Source: Eledone cirrhosa
Lineage: Eukaryota
Length of the DNA stretch: 64,000 nucleotides
Direction of reading: 5' to 3'
Assembly: GCA_964016885.1 (NCBI GenBank)
Contig: OZ024757.1
Coordinates: 34,534,001-34,598,000 of the forward strand
A model generated the notes under the pieces. The model saw only the letters and a list, made by a program, of their open reading frames with translations. It was not told the DNA's origin and did no database searches. Made by a program: the position numbers and the translations under genes. This document shows, in pieces, positions 12,483 to 26,632 of the stretch; the stretch's first letter is position 1, and each line of letters begins with the position of its first letter.

Positions 12483-13045
12483 GTGACTGGTACCTTATTT
12501 TATAGACCCCAGAAGGATGAAAAGCAAAGCTGACCTTAGCCAAGTGTAGGGGAGGGAAATGTTAATTAATTACACTTACCCAAATAATTAAAATATATAG
12601 TCTTTATTGTTTATCAGGTAGATTATATTCCATAATGTTAGCTATTAAAAACTATAAATAGATTGTTTTATTTCTTATTTTTCTATTTTCTATTGTGTTG
12701 TATGGCAGTAAGACGTGAGCTGTGAATGCAGAGGCTATGTATATACATCATACATATACACATATACATATATATAAACACATCATGCATACATATATAT
12801 ACATATATCATCATCATCATCAATGTTTTACATCCGTTCTTTCACGCTATCATGGGTTAGACGGGTTGTCCTGTCGTGAGCAATGTCCAGACGGCTGACC
12901 TTGTCTTGCTCATATACAGGAACTAATTCTGGATTGATTTCTACAGCTGGATGCCCTTCCTAACACCAACCTCATTTACAGTGAGTGCTGGGTGCTTTTT
13001 TTCCGTGGCGCCTACACGTCCACTTTACAGTGTGGACTGGGTGCT

Positions 13046-13096
<51 letters not shown>

Positions 13097-13671
13097 CGTT
13101 TCTGAATTTGTTTAGCAAGATTCTTTATCTGAAAACATGTGTTGAAACCGATATTGTTATTCTTTGGGAGGGGGTCATGTTGCCAATAAGAAACACACGC
13201 ACCAGTTGCTTTCACTTCAATTTATTATAAATTAAATTTATAAATTTAAGAATTTATAAATTTCCGGTTGGTTGGTTGGTTCCACAACTGGTCGGTTGTT
13301 CATATATTGTCAAAGTTCTTTCGTCACACATTCTGTGACTGGGATTCTTCTCTTTGTTTTGTGCCTCTCCTTTGTTCTGTCCTACGCAATCTTGTTTTTT
13401 CAAGATGGTGTAGGACAGAACAAAGGAGAGGCACAAAACACATGTACATATATATATATATATTTATCATACACACACATGTACATATGTTATGACAGGT
13501 TAGTATGAAAACATATACGTGCATTGAGATCAAAATCCCTGCATATGATTTTTAACTATGTTCTTTTTCCACAAACTTTTTGAAGCCCCCTTATTTATAA
13601 ATATATATATATATATATATATATCACAGAAAAAAAGAGAATCAGTGTTGCGACGAATGGAATTTACTGGA

Positions 13672-13763
13672 CATATTACAATCGTTTCTCTAGCAACCAG
13701 CTCGAGGCACGAGCGATGTGATGATCGAACCTGACTCTGAAAATCGCAAGGTCCTCAGATACG
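13672..13763 (-). ncRNA. Type I hammerhead motif with long stem II
   Basis: cgtat CTGAGGA ...about 63 nt... GAAAC gatt GTA atatg. Stem II closing pairs are imperfect. Confidence 0.6.
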
Positions 13764-14562
13764 TCTTGATTCTACAAAGCAGATTTTCCTAATGTCCTTT
13801 TACATCCTCTTACGGTATGAACATACACGAGTACATGTATATATGTGAGTCGACGCAAATATGCATGCACACGTGTGTACACATGTCTGGGTGGATGTAT
13901 TTGTATGAACATGTCTGTGTGAGGGTATGAATGCCTATGTGTAGATCTTTCTTTTTTCATCTGTGTATATATGTGCAGCGTCTTAACTATACACACTTCC
14001 CTGAGTACAGTGTGTGCGTGTAGATATGTGTATATTTATCAAAAATACCTTCAAAATAACGCTTTTTTTTTTTAAAGGCTGTTCCAAGCATTCATTTAAA
14101 AACGTTCTTTGTACAGAGTTTTTTCTGTTTGAAATATGTATGTTTTAAGGTATTCTGAGGCTGAGTTCTTGAAACGTTATGCTAAATATTTTTCTAATTT
14201 GTTTTAAAAATTCCCTCCAAGCATTATTTACGGTGATTGTCGCATACAATACAGTTGTGGGTGTGTAACCTGATCGGTGTGGACAGGGGTGCCTAAAGAC
14301 AGAGAAGACGTCGAAGGGCTGCCACCAGTTCAAGCATACAACCCTTACCTATTACAGTAGTAATTCCGATCTAAGAAACAACTTTGATTGACAGGTGGAG
14401 AATGAAAAGAACCAAATAGTGGACAACCATGAGTGGCTAGAAATATCGATGATGTGTACAATTCTTGACCACTCATAGAATGACAAGAACAGGATCTAAG
14501 CCGACAGGCGAAGAATATTGATGTAAAAGGACATTAGGAAAATCTGCTTCGAAGAATCAAGA

Positions 14563-14654
14563 CGAATCTGAGGACCTTGCGATTTTCAGAGTCAGGTTCG
14601 ATCATCACATCGCTCATGCCTCGCGCTGGTCGCCAGAGAAACGATTGTAATATG
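14563..14654 (+). ncRNA. Type I hammerhead motif with long stem II (inverted partner of 13672..13763)
   Basis: cgaat CTGAGGA ... GAAAC gatt GTA atatg, followed by AATAAA. Confidence 0.6.
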
Positions 14655-16836
14655 TCCAATAAATTCCATTCGTCGCAACACTGATTCTCTTTTTTTCTGT
14701 GATATCATACTCTGCTCTATGAGAGCATTGAGTGCTCAAACGGACTACCGCGTACGGACGCTTTAAGCATTCAACACCAATTATATATATATATATATAC
14801 ACACACACACAGATATATATAAATGTGGTATGTGGGCAGAAGATGAGATATTCTTTTATTTTATTAATTCCTAACTGTAATAAGCAAGTGTGAACATCTA
14901 ATTACACTGTGTCTATTACTTTTCCTGGCCCCCTGCCTTATTATCATGTGTAGGATGGATCCAACTTTTGGCTGTGTCAGTCATGAAGATAGCATTGTCA
15001 TCTTCCTTCAGTCAGGAAGGGCAGGCACTTTTCATCTGCCCAGTGGCCAAGGCAAAAGAGGTTGTGTGGTTGATGCATTTTAAAAAGGTTGAAGATAGGG
15101 TCCTTTCCTCTTAAGGGAAGGCCTGATTTTCCTCTTCAAATGAAACCCAATAGAGTACGTAACTCAGAGATGAGAGAGTCACTCCAGGTAGAGCCTCTAC
15201 TTATCCAAATTGAGAGATCACAGCTCTGATACTATGGGCATGTGGTTATATTGTCTCAGGAAAGAATCGCTGGACATATTTTACAGGCAAAACCAACAGG
15301 TAGGGGACCCAGGGGTAGACCCCAAGCAACATGGTTGGATAATATCCATGAGCTTGGCTGGTCACGCTTGGGAATCCAGCTGGATCAGTTGGAGATGGTT
15401 GCTGCAGACAAGACCTGCTGGAGTGAGTGTTTGAGGGGGGCTCTCTCAGGCATAAGTAGGCGAAGAAGAAGAAATTTGATGTAAATCAGGGTAGAGAGGG
15501 AAGAACTGCCTTCTAGCCAGTTTGTTGGAAGATGGTGAGAGTGACGAGTATGGTCCGAGTAAATATGTCTGTTCTGAGTATGCTCCTGTAAACTAGAGGA
15601 GGACAACTGGGTGACCCTCAGAAGTATTCCCTCTATTGGGAAATTTTTCTTTGTTGGAATTACTTTTTATGTATTTGTTATTTTTGTTTAACATTTTTTT
15701 TACTTGCAAAAACCCACATTGGGCTATCCTGAATATTTTCTTGGCGTAAACTGTGTGTGGCTAATAAAAGATATGTCGTTATCTGCCATGAGGTTAATTG
15801 CACCTGGGGTTCTGCATGATAGGGTTCATTCTCTGACAATGTCTGGGGCTTGTATCAGTGGGGTAAGGATGATTGAGTATTCTTTCTCATATTTTTGTTG
15901 TTGTCTTCTTACACACACACACACATACAAAGATACACACTCACACCCACACAAAGATACACACCCACACACACACAATATTCATAGATAAGTCTAAAAA
16001 GTCTAAAGTCTGTCTTAAGACAGAAGGCTCATTTGGCCGGTGCTTGCCCTGGTTTCATGATGTGAAGCGACTGAGAGTACAAGACTTCCCTCTGGACAGG
16101 AAGCTAGTCCATCACAGGGTTAAACCTCTAGCTATTGCTGGTACTCATTTTCAGCTGAGTATACTGGAGCAACGTGAAATGAAGTACTTTGCTCAAGAAC
16201 ACAACACGCAACCCAGGAATCGAACTCACAACATTATGATCGTAAGTTGAACTCCCTTCCCACTAGGTCACGTGCCTCCACCTATTCATAGATAAGGAGC
16301 AATTTAATATTAATTAAAGGTTAATTAGTCTCTAATACTTAAACATCTCAACCTTTAATTAATGTTAAATTGCTTCTTAATTTGTCGAGTTGTACCAGAC
16401 AGTCCTTTTGGCTGCTATTTCTAGCGACATTATAAGCCTGTCACATAGTCCTTATATGTTACGGGATTTTTGATCACATAACGCTGTGTGCTTTTATTCC
16501 AGCAAGCTACCTTGCCAAATGAAACAGTATGTATGATTTCTTGGTCAATTTCCCTTACTTTTGAAGAATTAAACTCACCTGGCGGATTCTTCAATTATTG
16601 GTGGTTCCAATAAGAATTCTTCCCATATGAAACCATGGTAGGGAGATCTATATATAAGTGAGTTTAGATAGAATATTATTTTATCTAACTTGTTTATACT
16701 CTCAGTATTAGAGTTTTTTCTCAATATTAATATATAATATTGCTTCTCAGGGAGATTCCTTTCATTCAGATGTTTAGGTATTAGAGACTAATTAACCTTT
16801 AATTCATACATATATATATAGATATAGATATATGTA

Positions 16837-16879
<43 letters not shown>

Positions 16880-17093
16880 TTAATATATAAGGGAACAAAG
16901 AATCAGTGTTGCATCATATACATATCTAATTACATATTACATATGTTCCACTGTCGATCAGCTCGAGGAACAATCTATTAATGATCGAACCTGACTCTGG
17001 ATTTGGATTTGGAAGCTCCTCAGATATGATTTAACATGTGTATATATATCATACTCTGCTCTGTATATATGTATGTATATATATATATATATC

Positions 17094-17138
<45 letters not shown>

Positions 17139-17882
17139 GGGGGCACATAGCTTAGTGGTTAGAGGATTGGGCTTGCAATCGAAAGGTTTTGAGTTCAATT
17201 CTCAGACTGGGTGATGTGTTGTTTCCTTGAGCAAGACACTTTATTTCACATTGCTCCAGTTTACTCAGCTGTAGAAATGGTCGTGGAGGTGCCACGGCAA
17301 AAAAGCACCCGGCCCACACTGTAAATGAGGTTGGTGTTAGGAAGGGCATCCAGCTGTAGAAATCAAGCCAGAATTCAGTTCCCGTCCTACCCTTGCAAGC
17401 AGGGAATAAGCGGATGTAAAATGAAATGATGATGATGATATATATATATATATATATATATCATCATCATCATCACTGTTTTACATTGATGTCCCCACGT
17501 TAGCATGGGTTAGATGGGTTGTCCTGTTGTGGGCAATGCCAGGTTAGGTGACCGTGTACTTTGGGAGGGTCATGATGCCAATAAAAATACATGCACCTGT
17601 TGGTTTTCACTTCAATTTATTATAAGTTTTCGGTTGGTTGGCTGGTTGGTTCGATAACTGGAAGGTTGTTTATATATTGTCAAAGCTCTTTCGTCACACA
17701 TTCTGTGACCTCCTCAGTGACTAGGTTTTTATTTTGTTCTCTCCTTTGTTCTGTCCTACAGCATCTTGTTTTTGTGTGTCATGTGCTTTTATTGTCAGCA
17801 GGACCCTCCCAAAGTATAACAATATCTGTTTCAAGACATGTTTTTAGATAAGAAATCTCACAAAACAAATTCAAAAACGAAT

Positions 17883-17922
<40 letters not shown>

Positions 17923-18031
17923 CACATATATATATGTATTTATACACACACACACACTCATATATATATATGCATATACACACACATGTATATATATATA
18001 TTCCTTGCAAGCAGGGAAAAGCGGACGAAAA

Positions 18032-18087
<56 letters not shown>

Positions 18088-18782
18088 ATATATATATATA
18101 TTATTACTGCTATCGTTGCTCTGGTATACATATTGTGTGTTAGTTTAGCCTACCACAATGTTCGATTTGTCAAGCTTTTTAAACGTATGTTATTACTCTA
18201 AGGACCTAACTTATCGAGTGCTTTGTTAACTCATCATTTCATATAAGTAGGCCGAATTCACTTGCAAACCGCCAGAGATTCGATTTTACTGATTTCCAAT
18301 TATATATATATATATATATGTATCAAGGAATCAAAAAATGAACTAACAAGAGGATGGAATAATATGAAGTGTATTAGTGTCACGCTTGGAGTAAGAAGAA
18401 TAAGTTATTTATATATATATATGTGTGTGTGTATGCATATGTATATATGTATATAGATATGTCTTAAAAAGCAGCATGTCGCGAGGAGTTGATGCTGGAG
18501 GTCTGTGGGGGTGGGTTGAAGGGCTTCAGTACATTTTGGTTGACCACACTCTAATCCTCAAGAATTCCAAGACCCAGTTTTGGAATAAGGATATTGCTGT
18601 AAAAATTGTTTTCTCTAAATCTGTGGGGTTGTGGACCATTGAAAAATTAGGGATAAAAGGAAGGGTGTGTCGAGGGGTAGTTGTAACCATCTAGTACTTC
18701 CTCAGTATTCCCTACCCCAAACTCCTTCCCTTCCTTTCCATGGTGTCAGATCCGGCCATCTCATAATCTGAAAGAATATGAT

Positions 18783-19300
18783 TTAACCCTTTAGTATTTA
18801 CATTACTCTATAAATACTATTATATTTTCACAGTAAAGGCTTTACCTCACTTAATTATTTCACATAATATCGAATCTATGAGATTTTGATTTTATTTAGT
18901 TTGAGAAGAATACCTTAACATCAGTATGAGTGGCCAGTTACAGCCAGTATGAACAAAAAGAAGTGAGAGAATTCTGGCCGGATACGGCCGGCTTAAATTC
19001 TAAAGAGTTAACATCAGTATGAGTGGCCAGTTACGGCCAGTTATGGCCAGTTTGAACTGAAAGAGGTGAAAGAATTCTGGCCAGATACATCCGATTTAGA
19101 TGCTAAAGGATTAACAGCAGTGTGAGTGACCGGTTATGGCCAGTTTGAATAGAAATAGGTGAAAGAATTCTGGCCAGATACATCCGATTTAGATGCTAAA
19201 GGATTAACAACAGTGTGAGTGACCGGTTATGGCCAGTTTGAATAGAAATAGGTGAAAGAATTCTGGCCAGATACGGCCGGCTTAAATTCTAAAGGGTTAA
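18783..19300 (+). mobile_element. piggyBac-type MITE with tandemly repeated right end, in KCNH intron 1
   Basis: About four copies of the 70-85-bp right terminus (agaattctggcc...aaag..ttaa). Ends 24 nt from the exon boundary. Confidence 0.85.
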
Positions 19301-19324
19301 CAATAAAATTGTCATTGGACTTAC

Positions 19325-19400
19325 CTGATCCTTCAACTCGGTTTATTATAGTATCCAGAAACCTGTTGCCAGCTGTGCGTCTACCTCTTCGGACAGGCAT
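19325..19400 (-). CDS. ERG/KCNH2-like voltage-gated K+ channel, first coding exon (PAS-cap); rest of gene probably left of window
   Basis: MPVRRGRRTAGNRFLDTIINRVEGS-g|gtaagt matches hERG [25 protein letters not shown] at 15/25 positions without gaps. It has the same 76-nt coding length and phase-1 intron. A plausible upstream acceptor (ttattatgtttgtag) would start the exon at 19703. No PAS exon 2 was found in 1..19324. Confidence 0.85.
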
Positions 19401-20151
19401 CGTGAATGTAAATTCTTTCCACTTGTTTCGTTCAACCCTAAGTTTTTTTTGTGTGTGTAATTTTTTTTTTTTTTTTTTTTTTAATATTACACAGAGAAAA
19501 ACTTCAGTACAAATCCATAGTTTCATTATATTTCTTCCTTGCCATAATTATTATTGTTGTTATTTTATTTATATCATTAATATTATTATTTATGTTATTA
19601 ATATTATTATTATTAGTAATAGTTTTATTATTAATACTTTGGGTAATTTTGAATTTTTTTCGTTTTCTTTTCATCAGATTTTAACCTTGATTTTAATGAT
19701 TTTCTACAAACATAATAAAACAAGGGTGTGGGAGAGGTATTGAAAACAGTGCAATGTAGTGGGGTAGATAGATAGATGTATAGGTCGATAGAGGGGTAGA
19801 TTGATAGATAGATTGATAGATAGATAGATAGATAGATGGATTGGTAGGTAGACAGATAGATAGATGGGTAAGTAGGTAGGTAGGTAGGTAGATGGATGGA
19901 TATATAGATAGACTGACAGACAGGTAGATAGGTAAATGGATAGGTAGATAGATGGGCTGACAGACAGATAGCTAGACAGACAGATAGATAGATAACGTGT
20001 GTGTGTGTGTGTGTGGTTACTTTCTGACGGAAGCAACTTGTCAAATAAATAAATTCATACAATTGTAAATAAATAAATAAATAATTAAATAAATATAAAT
20101 TAATTAAAATATAAAAGTAATTGAATCACTGATTATGATTTGACCAAGAAT

Positions 20152-20209
<58 letters not shown>

Positions 20210-21559
20210 AAGTCAGGTAAAGATTCCACGGTATTTACAAGAATATTTTCGTTTGTTTTACCCAGTGACGAGAAAGTCTTCTATTGGTAATTCTCCACTT
20301 TGCATGGTCCGCTCAACTTGTCTTTCTTAATTAATTACAAAAGCAAGTAAACTTGGCTAAATTCCTTCCTTTTTTCTTTCTTTCTTTTCTTTTTTTCTTT
20401 CTTTCTTTTCTTTTTTTCTTTCTTTTCTTTTCTTTTTTTACGATGCTCTCTCCTCTCTAATCATGGCCTGTCGTCTTATAAATTTCAGATCGATGACATG
20501 CATGTGTATGCAATGACAGATATATACTGATATACATAGCGTGTAGGTGTGTGGAGGTAGAAATGTGTAGCTGTATGTGTGTGTGTGCGAGTGTTTTACA
20601 CCTGAAGTTTATGCAAGGTGCGTATAAGTTACAATACTATAGAGTATTGTACACATGTATATACAGTATATATATCTATATATAGAGTATCTATGATTCT
20701 GTATATCTACAGCCTATGTATGTACGTATGTATGTATGCACTTATGTATGTGTGTATGTATGTACGTATGTATGCACGTTCGTACGTATGTATATATATA
20801 TACGCACGTATGCAAGAATGCACGTGTGTTTGTGATTGTATATAATATTTAAATGGTTTGTTCTATTTTTGTATACACACACACATACATACATACATCC
20901 ATTGTACTAGCTAGCCTGCTATGAAACATTAAAACAAAAAGATAGTTTTTTTTTGCCGGTGGCTGGCTTAATAAACAACGGGACGTTTTGAAAGAGAAGA
21001 AAAGACGAGATGTTGTTGGTTGAAGTGTAAGTGAAAAAATAGCTTATAAAATGAATGAGATTAAGAGAATATACTCGTATATATGAATACATGTATGTAC
21101 GTAGTCATTTCTGTAAGCGGCTTGCATATTTACGTATGGTTGTCGAAACCTTTTATAATTCGTTTGTAGTTTAACCTTTTTCTTTCTTTTTCTTATTTTC
21201 GTTTTTGTTTTGTTTTTTTTACCTTAGACCAGAAGTAGCCAGTTGTTTTGTGATTGTCATACAGGGCGGCAAACACTGGCCATATAAGATTTTGGACTGA
21301 CCTGTCGCTAGGGATGGGGTTAAGAGCAGAGCAGGGCAGGGCCTCCAAAAGAAATTTTGCAAGACGGTACAAGACCTCTTTGGGGCCTGAAGCAGGCAAA
21401 GATTTTTCTCTAAATGGATGTTGCATGCTTGCTGTGGAGCCTTCTTAGCTCTTGGGCCCTGGAACAAAGTACCAGCTGGACACCCTCTCTCATAGGCCCT
21501 GGTTAAGAGTGAGGGAACTGGATAACACTGATCCTCTTCCCACTGGCTTGCAAAAGTTT

Positions 21560-22050
21560 GGTGATGCCCAGTGTCAAATTCTTCATTGTATACTCAGTAA
21601 AAGGCTCTAGTGTAGAAAAATATGAGTAAGGAAAATATTTTATATCTGTGGTGTGCAGAAGTACTGAGAAATGGAAGCAAGGAAGACATTTTAAATGTGA
21701 TGAGCAGAGGTTTTGTGATGTTCAGAGCCAAATCCTTGATTGTATACCCCATAAAACATAGATATAGGGCATAGTTCCGAGAAAGATGTGAACAAGGAAG
21801 ACATTTTAAATATGTGGTGTGCAGAGGTTTTGTGATATCCTGGACGAAACTCCTTGATTGTATGTCCTTAAAACTTACATATAGGACCTAGTACTAAGAA
21901 ATATGAACAAGGAAGACATTGTATATATGTGGCTTGCAGAAGTTTGGTGATGCACAGGGTCAAATCCTTGATTGTGTACCCATTAAACTTAGACATAGGG
22001 CCTAATACTGAGAAATATAAGCAAAGAAAATCTTTTATATATGTAAAATC
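21560..22050. repeat. Degenerate tandem repeat of about 110-120 bp
   Basis: Recurrent caaggaagacatt...gcaga.gttt.gtgat...aatccttgattgta. Confidence 0.75.
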
Positions 22051-22459
22051 TGATGAAACATGAAATAAATACTTCAAATTAATGTAAAATCAGCCTCATA
22101 TCACCTGGATACTGATGATGTTAGTTGAACATCTCATCTGATGTACCTAGACATCTCTTTGTCTGGTGTTACATCTGGACACATCTCATCTGGTATAACT
22201 GGACATTTCTTTGTCTGATGTAACTGGACACATTATCTGATGTACCTGGATACATCATCTTGTGTAACTGGACATATCTTTATCTGATGTTATACCTGGA
22301 CACATCATCTTAGACATTCACTTGTACATGTCATATGTAGCAACCGCACTTAATCACAGCTCAGAGACTAAGAGGGAGATATAGCTTATGCTTCCTTTGA
22401 CATGACGTCACTAGCCCCTTGATTCTGGCAAGACTCCCCTTGCACTCCCTAGCCCCACA

Positions 22460-22820
22460 GTTCTAAATATAATTTTGCATAGTTCCAAATCTAATTTTTT
22501 GAAGTTCTAAATCTAATTTTATATAGTTCTAAATCTAATTTTATATAGTTCTAAATCTAATTTTGTATAATTCTAAATCTAATTTTGTGTAGATCTAAAT
22601 GTAATTTTGTGAAGTTTTAAATTTAATTTTATTTAGTTCTAAATCTAATTTTGTATAGATCTAAATCTAATTTTGTGGAGATCTAAATGTAATTTTGCGT
22701 AGATCTAAATGTAATTTTGCGTAGATCTACATGTAATTTTGTGTAGATCTAAATCTAATTCTGTGTAGATTGAAATCTAATTTTGTAAAGTTTTAAATCT
22801 AATTTTATATAGTTCTAAAA
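22460..22820. repeat. 22-bp minisatellite
   Basis: Unit tctaaatctaattttgtatag(a/t). Confidence 0.9.
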
Positions 22821-23697
22821 ATTAAAATACTCATAAAATAGTATCGTTAATATGAAGCATTGTGAGATATGTAATAAATGACTGCAAAGTTTCAGAAAGT
22901 TGGTACAAATATATAAAGAAATATATAAAGGGTAAACGATGACAAATAAAAGAAAACAAAGTAATGTTTTTAACCCAGCATATTTCAACATGATATTTCA
23001 GGGCTAATACCCTCTTTTCAAATGGAAAAAAGAAAATCGCCAGTACATCTCATACTCTGAAAATATCAAATACCAGGTCATGGCACCTCTCTCAAAGATT
23101 TCTGCCATTCTAAAATTTCTTTAAAATAAATCCTGTCATGATATAATATAAGAACCATGTGTTAAGTTACTATCTTACTAATAAACTAATTAATAATCTA
23201 TATATAAATTTGAACGACTTCCATCCAGCTAGCTGTCCATCCCACAATGTGTGTGTGTGAATATATGTGTGTGTAAAAGAAAGGAAGGTGATGGTGAAAA
23301 AACTATATCAAAGCAGCAGCTGGTGTTCCATTTGCTATGCTGTGTGTGAGTGTGTGTATTTGTGTAAATGTATGTGTGTGTGAATCTATGTCTGTGAGTA
23401 TGTATTTTGGTAAGTGTGTCTGTGTTTGTGCATTTATATTTATATACTCATATATATAAATGTATGCATATGCACATATACACATGCACATACATATACA
23501 AATATGCGTGAGCATGTTGAAAAAAATTCTAGTTTTAGTAAATTCTTCAAAATTCGTCATTAACCCTTTTGATACCACCCTGTCCAAACCAGCTCTTGTT
23601 CTAAGAAACAATTTACAGGGTTCTTATTTAAATTAAAATCGTCCAACATAATTTTATATAAGAACTATATATGAAATTATTATCTTAGTAAGGAAAT

Positions 23698-24088
23698 ACA
23701 AGCAGCCGAAATGGGCTTCCTCCGAAAAGTCTTTGGAGTAATGTTACTTGATAGAGTGTGTAGCTCAGGGATCAGAGAGTCACTTCAAGTAGAGGCTCAA
23801 CTTATCCAAATTGAGAGATCACAGCTCCGATACTATGAGCCTGTGGTTAGAATGGCTCAAGACAGAATCACTGGACAGATTTTACAGGCAAAGCCAACCG
23901 GCAGGAGACCCAAGGGTAGACCCCAAGCAAAGTGGTTGGATAATATCCATGAGCTTGGCTGGTCTCACTTGGGGATCCAGCCAGATCAGTTGGAGACGGT
24001 TGCTTCAGACAGGGCCAGCTGGAAGGAGTGTTTGAGGACTCTGTCCCAACAACCCTCTCAGGAATAAGATGGAGAAGAAGAAGAAGAA
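23698..24088 (+). mobile_element. 3' fragment of a second RTE-like LINE family with (GAA)n tail
   Basis: AAEMGFLRKVFG...IERSQLRYY...RPKGRPQAKWLDNI...WKECLRTL. Other copies at about 11845-12030 (+), 15150-15475 (+), 28330-28842 (+), 39540-39630 (-), 48590-48830 (+), 58940-59165 (-), 60310-60400 (-). Confidence 0.85.
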
Positions 24089-25351
24089 CCCTCAAAATTC
24101 TTCATTAATTAATTGAAATAGAGAATATGTGATTAAGAATATGAGGTTAACTCATCTTTCTCTTGTGCTAAGAGTGGGGGAAGGTGGTAGTTTGCTACCC
24201 TGCCCCCAGCTAATTTTCTCCCAACCCCTCTCCCTTTTCTTTCTATTTCCTGTCTTATTTTCTCCACCAACACACACCTTGCCTTCCTTCCCAATATTTC
24301 TCTTCCTTTCCAATATTTCTCTTCCTTTTTTCTCTCTTTCTTACTTTTTTTTTTGTTTCAGTATCTTTTTTTATTTTGCTTTTACTTTTTCTGTGCCTTT
24401 CTTTCCCTTTTTCTACTCCCTTCTCTCTCTTTCTCCCCCCCCCCCCCTTCTCACTCTTGCTTTCATTTCCCTCCTCTTCTTTCTTGCTGATTTCATCCAG
24501 AGATGAGATAGGGGTATATATATATATATATAGAGATATATAGGAAAGTGTTTAACTCCGACGGCAGAGCTCAAGCCGTTTCGACGGCTATATGGTGGGT
24601 TAGAAATAGAGAGAGAGAGAATCAACCCCACTAATGGGGAGGATGAAACAGACATAAGAAACAACAACAACAACAACAACAATAATAATAATGGGTTCTA
24701 CTTAAGGCACAAGGCCAGCAATTTGGGGGAGGGGCAAGTCGATTAAATCGACCCGAGTGCATTACTGGTACTTTATAGTATCGACCCCCGTAAGGATGAA
24801 AAGCAAAGCTAACCTCAGCAGGATTTAAACTCAGAACGCAAAGGGCCATAACTCTATGCCACAAAGCATGGTGTCTGACACTCTACTGATTCTGCCAATC
24901 TATTATGGAGAATACAAGCAACAGGGACATATGAAAATGTGTAAAAGAAAATAACAGGTAGCAATAAAGAACAAAAAAAAAAAGAAACTCTCAATAGGGA
25001 GGGGAGGGAACACCACCCAGGGGTCATTTCAGAACCCTACAGATCCAAAACAGCCCACAACACCAGGTGCACCATCAGAAAGTGGCCCTTTCCTCTCTCT
25101 CTGCACTCTTCAGTTTACAGGTGCCTGCTCAGTGTAGGTCCATTCACTCGGGTCATCCTCGATATATTCACCCACCTTTTAATAAATGTACTGTGGGGGG
25201 AAGGTGGCAGAGATGTTAGAACATCGGATAGAATACCTTGTGCTATTTGTTTCCTCTCTCTGCTCTCTCAGTTCAAATCCCGTCACGGTCAACTTTGCCT
25301 TTCATCCTTTTGAGGTCAATAACAGTACCAGTCTAGTACTGGGGTTGATTC

Positions 25352-26220
25352 TGCCTCATTCTCTCTTTCTCACTTCCTCTCTTCCTCATTCTCTCTTTCT
25401 CACTTCCTCTCTTCCTCATTCTCTCTTTCTCACTTCTTCTCTTCCTCATTCTCTCTTTCTCACTTCCTCTCTTCCTCATTCTCTCTTTCTCTCTTCCTCT
25501 ATATCTCTTTCTCACTTCCTCTATATCTCTTTCTCACTTCCTCTCTTCCTCATTCTCTCTTTCTCACTTCCTCTCTTCCTCATTCTCTCTTTCTCTCTTC
25601 CTCTATATCTCTTTCTCACTTCCTCTCTTCCTCATTCTCTCTTTCTCACTTCCTCATTCTCCCTTTCTCACTTCCTCTCTTCCTCATTCTCTCTTTCTCT
25701 CTTCCTCATTCTCTCTTCCTCATTCTCTCTTTCTCACTTCCTCATTCTCTCTTTCTCACTTCCTCTCTTCCTCATTCTCTCTTTCTCACTTCCTCTCTTC
25801 CTCATTCTCTCTTTCTCACTTCCTCATTCTCCCTTTCTCACTTCCTCTCTTCCTCATTCTCTCTTTCTCTCTTCCTCATTCTCTCTTCCTCATTCTCTCT
25901 TTCTCTCTTCCTCATTCTCTCTTTCTCACTTCCTCTCTTCCTCATTCTCTCTTTCTCACTTCCTCTCTTCCTCATTCTCTCTTTCTCACTTCCTCTCTTC
26001 CTCATTCTCTCTTTCTCACTTCCTCTCTTCCTCATTCTCTCTTTCTCACTTCCTCATTCTCCCTTTCTCACTTCCTCTATATCTCTTTCTCAATTCCTCT
26101 CTTCCTCATTCTCACTTCCTCTCTTCCTCATTCTCACTTCCTCTCTTCCCCATTCTCTCTTTCTCACTTCCTCTCTTCCTCTATATCTCTTCCTCACTTC
26201 CTCTCTTCCTCATTCTCTCT
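25352..26220. repeat. CT-rich (polypyrimidine) minisatellite, about 30-bp unit
   Basis: cttcctcattctctctttctcacttcctct. The 365-aa ORF here is an artefact. Confidence 0.93.
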
Positions 26221-26632
26221 ATCCATCTAAATAAAAATAATAATGAAATGTTTGTGTACAGTGCTCAGGTGCACTACAACTAACCAAAGGTGCATGTATA
26301 GTACATAGAATAATTGTTTCTACTATTGGCACAAGGCCAGCAATTACCCCAGTACATTACTGGTACTTTATTTTATCGACCCCATAAGGATGAAAGGCAA
26401 AGTGAACCTCGGCGGGATTTGAACTCACACCATAAAGGGGCGTAACTCTATGCTGCAAAGCATGGCGTCCGACCTTCTACTGATACTGCCAATCCACCGC
26501 CCTAGTACAGAGAATAATGTACAAATGTCAGGAAAGTGAACAGTGTATTAGTCATGATATACACGTGTGTGTGTGGAGGGGGGATATCAAGTGTAGTGTT
26601 GGCGAATTTCAGGAAGCATGGAGGTTTTAAAG

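Larger units (their letters stand above)
13622..14782 (+). mobile_element. Penelope-like element remnant with inverted terminal segments in (TA)n
   Basis: About 13622-13806 is the reverse complement of about 14520-14705, each with a hammerhead. Unique tail to about 14782. Related pieces at about 16890-17065 and 55085-55378. Confidence 0.65.

Noticed and set aside
13120-13165. CTGAAAA...GAAAC in the ttggttgg repeat family
   Set aside because: None of the three copies has CUGANGA, and stem I does not form convincingly.
16579-16647. 69-nt minus-strand segment with AG and GTGAGT sites, possible KCNH exon 2
   Set aside because: In the phase set by exon 1 it hits TAA after 17 codons and shows no PAS similarity. 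It also lies between inverted segments (about 16310-16348 and 16768-16804), suggesting a repeat. A poison exon cannot be excluded without RNA-seq.
25186-26283. 365-aa Ser/Leu/Phe ORF
   Set aside because: CT-rich minisatellite preceded by a SINE fragment.
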